Under the pieces are notes generated by a model. That model was not told the origin of the DNA, made no database searches, and saw only the letters and a program-made list of their open reading frames with translations. From Octopus vulgaris (taxonomy: Eukaryota): a stretch of DNA of 64,000 nucleotides. The translations under genes were made by a program, and so were the position numbers. The stretch covers positions 54,498,001 through 54,562,000 of the forward strand of contig OX597820.1 of NCBI GenBank assembly GCA_951406725.2, given 5' to 3'. This document shows, in pieces, positions 54,920-64,000 of the stretch (position 1 is its first letter; each line of letters opens with the position of its first letter).

Positions 54920-55835
54920 GGGTGTCCCAAAAACTATATGCATATACTGAATAATTATAAAGACTGTGTTTAGAGTGTTTATTAAAATACATTTCATTAC
55001 TTTATCTTTTACATAAGCTCTTCGTCTAATCCAACTGTTTAGAAAATATTTCGCCAAGGTAAACCCTTACGTTGTTATGGCAGCGTGGTAGTGATCTATT
55101 ATGCTGGAAATAAACTCCACATCTACAAAGTTATCTTGAATGCTTGGCATCAAAGATTGTCACGTGAAATTGAAGTAAATGGAAATAGTCGCTATACCGT
55201 CAAACAGCTCGTAAATTAGCATGATGTTCAACCGTAATATGTAGATTTTCAGATTCCTAGTAGATGCAATTATGGGAGTTAAATGCAGCCTCATTGCTCT
55301 AAACAGTCTTTGTGGGGAAATGTGCGTCTTCTACACATTTTACCAAATACCACTCGCAAAATTCTACTCTATGGTCCCAATCGTCTTCATTGGAGGCATG
55401 GACTATGCTTGGAATGTAACTTTTCGAATTACATTGCTTCAAAATACGATGGACGATTGATTTTGAAATTCCTGTTTCACAACTCGCTTGCTGCACAGAT
55501 TTTCTTAAACTCTGAAAATACGGTTCCCGTTACCCATCTTTGCTTTGTGAGGCTCGTAGATGTCCGCGCCCTTCGAGAACGATACTTGTGGATATTCTGT
55601 TTAAAACTTACCTCTGATCCGAATGATCGTAAGTCACGTAGGTTAAACAATTTGAAACTCTCTCCTAAACTTACATCACAATACGACTACGTTTTCAAAC
55701 TTCCAGGACTTGGGAAAATTTCCTTTGCTTAAGACTTTGTCTGACTCCCTCCCTTACTTCACAGATGAAATCTAAAAAGAAATGAATATTGTGTTAGGAG
55801 CTGTTAAAATGTGTATATATTTTTGGGACACCTTG
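54918..55835 (-). mobile_element. Internally deleted Tc1/mariner-superfamily element with TIRs
   Basis: cagggtgtcccaaaa ... ttttgggacaccttg-TA. Minus-strand peptide [12 protein letters not shown]...[14 protein letters not shown]...SNEAAF..HNC. Confidence 0.8.
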
Positions 55836-56056
55836 TACATATTTATTTCATGTTAAATTATATATTAAAATAATTTAGCATTGCAATGACGGATTAGTAG
55901 AGTACATATCAATTTTTACAAAGAAAGGGTTAACTGTCACTTCGAAGTTTTGGGTTACTTGTCGTCATCAAACAGTCTGAAGATGACAAGCAAACCAAAA
56001 CTTCCATGTCATTGTCAAGCTTTACCTTACGAAAATTTATATACATACATATATAT

Positions 56057-56133
<77 letters not shown>

Positions 56134-56349
56134 ATAAGATCGTTAATTTAATTATTGATCTTATCAAGTGGCCAGCATGGGAATAAAAAACTTCAAAGGT
56201 AATAATTATTATTAAAATTATAATTTAGGATATCTAAGAGATACATCCACGCTGGAAATAGCAACCGAAACTTGACTCTAAAACTCTAATAATTTTAATA
56301 ATAATAATATATATAAATACGCATACATATAACTCAAAAGTAATTTGAG

Positions 56350-56845
56350 TTTTTTTTAATTTCAAGATTTTCTCCTTTCTTTGAATATTTGTTGGTCGAA
56401 TAAGAGGTTACCTTCTAGCTGCTCTGCCATAGTAGTCAAATTGATGGAGATAGCTTACAGAAGTACTCCGACTTATCTGAAATTGCTCTGCAACAGCAGC
56501 AGCCTTGCAACGGGTATTATTTTCAGCAACCCGATGACACTTATCAGAGGTCCCAGATCGTTCTGAGTTGGATGTTGTTAATTCCTTTTCTTTACTAGTG
56601 AATTGTACAATCACTCTGTTGACTATGGCAAGAGGGACCCCAAGATGTTGTAGAATCTTACGCTCATTAGGCCCGCCTTCTTTGAAAATCAAACAAATCT
56701 TTTGCTTCTGATGTTTGCGGCATGGCTAGTTGTTATAAACAATTAATGAAGTGTAATGTGAAATAAAGAAAAATTAATAATTCATTAACAACTTTGAAGC
56801 ACCACATAGTGTCCGCCCAGAAAAAGCAGCAAGTGAGGGCTGTCT
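56350..56845 (-). mobile_element. Tc1-like transposase N-terminal fragment
   Basis: Paired HTH-like peptide ending ISRSTSVSYLHQFDYYGRAARR. Confidence 0.6.
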
Positions 56846-56911
56846 ATTTATTTTTGAATTGTATATATATATGTGTGTGTGTGTACACACACCACACACA
56901 CCACACACATA

Positions 56912-57068
<157 letters not shown>

Positions 57069-57698
57069 TAATCTCTGCAATATTGACCTTGAGACACAAG
57101 AGCTATAAGTTATCTCCCTTAATGTCTTCTGAAAGACAGGAACGTTTTTTTTTACAGTGTAATGTGAGTTTTGCGTTTGGGGTGGTATTAACACATCATA
57201 CATACTAGATCTGTTTTGTTTGTTTGTTTGTTTGTTTTTGTTTTTGTTCTTGTTCTTGTTCTTGTTCTTGTTCTTGTTTTATCCCAGGTCGGCCTTGAAC
57301 CTTATTATGAAAAGTTTCACTCTTATGACCATCCTATCTTCTATTCATAATATTCCACTTTCCAAACCGATTTTACTATTTTTATGTTTTTTAATGCATG
57401 ATATGAGGAAAGTTTAGCTGATCGAATGATATGCATGAGGCAGTTTTGTTGTTGCTGCTATTGGTGGTGGTGGTGCTCTTGTTGTTATTGTTAATGGTGT
57501 TGGTGGTGATGGTGGTTTTGATACTGTTTCATACAGCAATGATATGCAATAAAATTATTTAATACCAAATCCAAAAACGAAATTATTTAATAATGTTTTG
57601 ATAAAGTAATGATAGGCAGTAAGGTATATAACATCATTATTGTTTGTAGTTATTTTGTTGTTGTAACCATTGTCATTGGTGCTGTCGGTAGTATTTCT

Positions 57699-57765
<67 letters not shown>

Positions 57766-57829
57766 GTGTGTGTGCGTGTGTGTGTGTGTGTGTGTGTGCG
57801 TGTGTGCGTGCGTAAGCTTGAAAGACAGA

Positions 57830-58130
57830 GTAACAGAAGTTGCAGTTCTAGAAAGCCCGAAAGTTCAAAGAAACTTATTGTCGAGAACCAGGTTTCCAAA
57901 GCTATCATATTTTGGGCATTCAATGCGCCACGAGCGAGTCACTATCTAAGACCATCCTGTCAGGAACAATGGGTGGGGAAGAGAGCAAGAAGTCGTGAAA
58001 GAGATTTATGGGCTGACAACACCAAAAATTGAATAGAAACAAAACCCTGGCTGGTTGTATGCATGCAGCATAACACGGAGCTGGAGAGCCTTGGCAAGCC
58101 GACAACCGGACACGAGGAGGGCACGTGACT
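57830..58130 (+). mobile_element. RTE LINE 3' end fragment
   Basis: KLSYFGHSMR...SLSKTILSGTM..GKRARSR..W.DN, typical of the RTE C-terminus, frameshifted. Confidence 0.7.
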
Positions 58131-58139
58131 GATGGCTAA

Positions 58140-59040
58140 TCTATTATATAAAATCTGTTCTGTCTGTGTGTGTGTCTTTTAGGATCTCGGGCATCCTCCA
58201 TCCGATTGCGCTCAAATTTGATATGTAGATACCGACGGTGCATAAGTCTTGAAAAAATTACAAAGATCGATTCCAGGTGAGAATGTGATCGATAAAGCCT
58301 TGGGAACGTGCATTTGTACGCACAAGTACATCAGCTGTTGCGATCGATACTACGCGTACGCGAGAAAAATGCACGTGCAGTTTGCACAAAAAAAGCCCGC
58401 TGGCTTGAAATAATGCCACAAAATGGGACGGTCGGACAAGTTGTTTTGAGAAAATTTGGTTTAAATGTTTGACAACTCATCACCGTCCATTGGACGGGGG
58501 GGGGGGCGTTTTGCTCATAATAATATATATCGAGACCGATACTGACGTTTCACAATGAAGACTGATAAGACTTGGAAACACACATACGCACCCTCAACAC
58601 CATTGTAAGGCTCTACGGCACAGGTCTTTACTCTTATAATGCTGATCATGGACAGCATCTCCTCTGGGTTGGTCGATATATCGCACATAGATGTGATCAT
58701 GAAATACCGCCACTTCTACATCTTCCCCGCTCGTGAGGGTACACGATACGTGAAATATTGGAAGCAACAGTCAAGATCCCGCAATCCCCTGGGCAGTTGT
58801 ATCATCTATTGCAACAGTCCGACCACAAGGCCACTCATCTTCACATTCCAAACTGTATTGTCAAAATTTCGATCAACTGATTTTATTGGAAGTTGGAGAT
58901 TTAAACATTCCCTAGGGGAATTTTTGTCTTCTGAATGGATGAATAATCCCAACTGACCGAAAGCTTACAAACAATTCTGTTACATACGAGGGAGCCAAAT
59001 GTATTTGTATTCAGTATGCAGATAACTTCACTGAGATATT
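58140..59040 (+). mobile_element. Probable Helitron-derived non-autonomous element
   Basis: a|TCtattatataaaatctgttctgtctgt start and a ccgattgcgctcaaattt motif. The 3' CTAG terminus was not found. Confidence 0.5.
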
Positions 59041-59353
59041 CTTCCTGTATGTATGTATGTATGTATGTATGTATGTATGTATGTATGTATGTATGTATGC
59101 ATGTAAATCTTGTCATATGTATGAAAATATGCCCCGCTGAGTTAGTCTAACAAAACTGAATTATATCCATTGCTGTCATCATTTGATTTCAAAGGCCAGA
59201 GCCGTACTACATTGGCTTTATTGACAAAACTGATTATATTCTAATTGTTTTTACTTGCTTGTTGTTACTGAGATTTCAAACACCCTAAAGAGAGTGTCTC
59301 TCTACTAAATCTCAATTCATCAATGATTTTCGACTCCCTATATTACGTAAGGT

Positions 59354-59660
59354 GGAGGCGCAATGGCCCAGTGGTTAGGGCAGCAGACTCGCGGTCGGAG
59401 GATTGCGGTTTCGATTCCCAGACTGGGCATTGTCTGTTGTTATTGAGCGAAAACACCTAAAGCTCCACGAGGCTCCAGCAGGGGGTGGTGGCGACCCCTG
59501 TTGTACTCTTTCGCCCCAACTTTCTCTCACTCTTTCTTCCTGTTTCTTGAGTAGCGCTGCAATGGGCTAGCGTCCCGTCCAGCTGGTGGGGGGGGGGACA
59601 CACATTCGCTACAGAAACCTGGAAACCGGGCGCATGAGCCTGCCTAGGCTTGAAAAGGGC
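59354..59660 (+). mobile_element. SINE family D, copy 2
   Basis: Homologous along its length to 18053-18347. Confidence 0.82.
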
Positions 59661-61156
59661 GAAAAAAGCGAGTCTGCTTTATTTAGATTTTTACCATAAC
59701 CTTGAGTCAAGCAAAGCCTTCTGAGTTTGGTAAGCAGAAAATGTGTGGAAGCCCCTAATCCAGTTAAACATCATCACCTGACCTGTGGGTGTCCTTAGTT
59801 GTTATACTTTGTTACTCACATTCGATCGGAGGATCACTCCCATCCACTGGTTTTTGAAGCCTTGAGAAAGCTTATGGTCGCTAACCATTTTCATCTGACT
59901 AAGCAATAAAAATAATTTATATATAATGCATAATTCGCTTGAAAAATAAAACGAACATTATTATGCTCTTTGTTTTTTTTACACACATTTTTTTTAAACT
60001 CCGTGTTTAAATCGTTAAATCGTTATTGGTTACCGTAAGTTAAGTCACCTTAATAATGACGAAATTTCTCTTTGTAAATAGCTAAATATAACGATACATT
60101 TCATTTTCTTCCCGGATAAATATTTTAACGTGCATAAGTTGTATTGATTTTTCGTGTAACTGAAGCACTTTCAAAACTAGGGTCTTCAATTATGATTGAG
60201 AAAGCAATAAATTGTTTTTTCAGGATGCAGTCTCTGTCAACCCATGGGATGAGGCTTACCGAGATCATTTAAAAGACACTTGTGACTATGCATTACCTTT
60301 CTTAAATGTATGCGCTCCTCATATTCTGCAACAATTCTCCTTCACATCCCTTCTTAACCCGCATTGCTATCGTTTAAGCCCTTATACTAAATTATTATTC
60401 TCTCTACTTTCATTTACCAGAAGGTATGTTTTGAGCTCAGCACAGTTTCAAATCGTCCAAGTTATTGACACAAATATGTCCTCACTAGACATGATGACAT
60501 TATAATTGAAATCCCTCTCAACTTTACTTTTCATCTTCCCAGGGTTGATAAAATAAATTACCAGTCACATACTAACATCTTTCCAAAAATGTGTGGTCTT
60601 GTGCCTATGTTAGAAATTATATTATTGTAGATACTGCAATAATAATTTATAATTACTATCGATCTTAATTTACCTTCGAAATATTCTAATCAATTCTAAT
60701 TTGCCTTTGAAATATCCCCTCTTCCGCTGCCTTCGTGGCGAATAAAAATATCATTATCACTTCAGGATCAGATCATCAACTTTCTAGGGTAGAAGAATCA
60801 TCTTGTATTTTGCTCTGAAATCAAATCCCACTAAGGTGAACTTTGCCTTTCATCTTTATGTGTTCGATAAAAGAATGTACCCGTCAGGTTCAGGGGTTGA
60901 TTTAATTGACTATACACCCTCACCAAACATCTGTGGCCCTATGCAAAGTCTTATAAATAATGTAACAAGTTTGTTTTATCCGTAAATGATACAAGCTTCT
61001 TAGATAAGTTGGTGCTAACGTGTTTAGTACCCAAAACTTTAAAAAATAATCAAATATAATTATGCGTAGAAGAAAAGATGATGACTAATATTATTTTAAT
61101 TAAATTGTGTAACAACTTTCTTTTTTAATTTTTCTTTTTTTTTTTTTGTCTTTTGT

Positions 61157-61574
61157 CAGTAAGTGTTATTTCCTATCGAGAAATCAAAGGAAATTACAAC
61201 TATTCTCTCCAAACTTGGCTTTTGTCACCTGTTTACCTGATCTATTTACCTTTACATTTTAGACAAATTCAGAGCGGAGTTGCTGAAGCACAACTATCGT
61301 TATAGTAAATATTCTGTTCGATATCACTGATTTGCTTGACCTTATCCACTTGAGCATAACACTTAGTAGCTGACAATATGAGCATCTCTGATCATGAGCA
61401 GGAGTAGTGGGGGGAGCATCATAGCCATGTGTTGAGAGGGATTCTTTGGGATTGAATAAATATAACAAAAGCAAAGTTTGAAGGAAACATTAGCAATTTT
61501 TCATAGTTTCTAGGGGTAAGCAAATAAGAAATAACAGTTGTTACGCTAGGACAAAAAATCGTGTTACACAGTGT
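61157..61574 (+). mobile_element. Interspersed repeat, copy of 53730-54160
   Basis: Shared blocks along the whole length. Confidence 0.75.
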
Positions 61575-62139
61575 TATTCAATCAAGTATGAGGAACAATT
61601 TAGATATTTATCGGTATTATTAGACAATGTGTTTTTGCCAGTCTTGGTGATGTAAGACAAATTATTACTGATCCACTCCTGTATATGCAAGGACAATGAC
61701 GAAGGTTACTTAAACCTACACAAATACCGCATCGTTGATACCTTTAAGACCTTCTACTTAAATATGAAACTATTAGTGTTTTTTTTTTTTTTCTGTAGAA
61801 AGTAATTCATGTAAAAATTAGAATTAAGTACATATCTGTACAGACAGTGTATTGTTTAATGAATTATGGTAGAATTTATCAACCTGTAGATTTTAAACAT
61901 GGTTTTCTATGATACACTAAACATTACGTACTTGCATGCATCTTTCCATCTCTATATGTCTATCTCTGTTTTATTTTATTTTATTTTTTTTATTTGCTTT
62001 CTGTCTCTTTCACACATTCTCTCTAAAGACAGTAAGTTAATAATAATTCTGGTGTTTGCAGCCCTGGAAATGTTCCTAACGAAGAACTTATTCAATATCC
62101 TAAAATGCCTACTTTTAAGCGCATTTCTTACACATCGTC

Positions 62140-62284
<145 letters not shown>

Positions 62285-64000
62285 TAATTACACCAGTAGG
62301 TTGAAAAACGGTGACGGTTTGGTGGAGACTGGAGTCGTAAGTGAGAATTAAAGGTTTTGATTGGGGTTGTCAATGTATATGAAACAATTGCTGTGAAGAT
62401 TTGGCGTTTGCGATAAATTCAGTTTCTGTACCAACGGCATCAGTATAAGATGAGTACACGCGCCAACAAGTGCTGTGGGCGTTGAAGTCACCGAAGATGA
62501 TGACGCCAATACGAGAGCAAGGAAATATTGGAAGAAATACAGTCGGATCGCGGGTGGAGGAGATAAAAGAGTCAAATGTATTTAGAGGAGTAGGAGAGGG
62601 AAACTTTTAGTTAAAGTTGCTGAAAGTCTTTGTTGTTGATATGCAAATTAGACCGGTGAGTGATAGGGAGATTAGAATTTATGTATTCGCAGACACCGCC
62701 TTTCGGAGTAAAGGACTGTAGAGATGGACTACAAATAAGAAGCGAAAGGTTTGTTTCTCGGAGAGGAATATGTGTGATTTGCTACTTTGTAAGGGCTAAC
62801 GTATAGGCTCTAGGCTAGATTGGAGTTTACGGATACTAGACAAGAGACGAAAGAACTGTCAAGCGGATATGCTACAATTTTGTTGTATTTATTGAAGCGA
62901 AGAACGCATTGGGGCCCCGTAGGATAACGATAATACTCTACCAAGAGCCTTGTGTTAATGTTTTCAACAAAATAAACTTTGTTAAAGGCACCCATGGGCA
63001 AAGATGCAGTGTTAAATCGAGCTCCATGAATGAACCTACCTCTCTTATATTGTGCTCGTAGTGCCAGAAATATACTGTTTGATCAAACAAGTATCCCTCT
63101 ACCGTTTTTCTTCTGATAAATTTACCACAATAGGGAAGCATTAGATTCTGTTTAATGAACTCCATACATGACTGGTATATATTCTATTGCCCCGACAGCA
63201 ATGAAAGGCAAAGTCAACTTCAGAGGGAATTGATTTCAAAATATACAGAGATGAAACCAAATTCTCTAAGACATTTTGGTTCACCAATTTATGACTGATT
63301 CTGCTATTTCGCCATACTTTTCTTCCTTAATGGTGTCAAACATATGCACAAAGCAACACTTTTTCAGAGAGTATAGACGATCATAACAACACCCCACTTC
63401 TTTGCTAATACATATTTTATTGAATCCAGGGAAAGAAAATCGCAACAAAAACAAATGGCTGGCAAAAGGTTACAAGAAACCTTCAATAAATTACTAATTT
63501 AATCATTCATTTTAATGGTTGAACTGGAGGTAGTCTCTTTTTCTAACCAAAGGCTTTTTTCACTCAGTATTTACACGCTATTATTTTTAGCCTTATATAC
63601 TTCGAGTTCAACCATTAAAAATGAATTTCATGTTCTGTCGAAGTTTCTAAATTATTATGGCGTAAAAACTGATTTTTATGTTGTTGTTGTTGTTTTTGTT
63701 GTAGTTTTATTTAAGGTTATGTTGTATATAAATTATATTGTCGTTCTATATAAATCATATATTTTCAGCTATTAAGCGACTAAAAATATTATTTGTTTGA
63801 TTACTCTATTTTTTATGATATTTAAATGAAATTTGACTTTTTTTCTTTCTCTGCACATTTTTTCTAACCCAAAAGTATGAATTTTTAATCTGTGAATTTC
63901 ATTCTTGCGATTTTATTTCCTTTTGCCGTTTTATAGGCTTCAGAAGTACGAAAAAAAAAATCTAACCATGTAAGATTTGAATTCGAAACATTAAAATAAT

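Overview
AT-rich, extremely microsatellite- and repeat-dense animal genomic DNA. The SINE repertoire and simple-repeat load look like an octopus or other coleoid cephalopod; this is inference from sequence style, not a database match. The only host gene found is a + strand myosin light chain kinase (MLCK/MYLK-type CAMK kinase). Six GT-AG exons (28260-28353, 32116-32319, 34412-34553, 45331-45530, 47240-47392, 51652-51697) splice in consistent phase into an intact kinase domain. Its N-terminal and calmodulin-binding exons are not securely located. Almost all listed ORFs are microsatellite artefacts. The rest is transposon debris: mariner/Tc1 fossils, an (AAT)n-targeting R4/Dong-like RLE LINE, RTE LINE fragments, Helitrons, at least four tRNA-derived SINE families and a decayed antisense 28S rRNA fragment inside a SINE. 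The most striking hidden structure is a set of about ten fold-back (inverted-repeat) inserts, mostly next to (TA)n tracts. Several carry recognisable type I hammerhead ribozyme motifs of the Penelope-like-element kind: one textbook minimal copy at 25099-25141, long-stem-II variants at 39727-39812, 33972-34055 and 54432-54494, and a core-variant family at 1395-1430 and 10326-10361. An inverted SINE pair also brackets two exons whose back-spliced circle would be an in-frame, stop-free 342-nt ORF.
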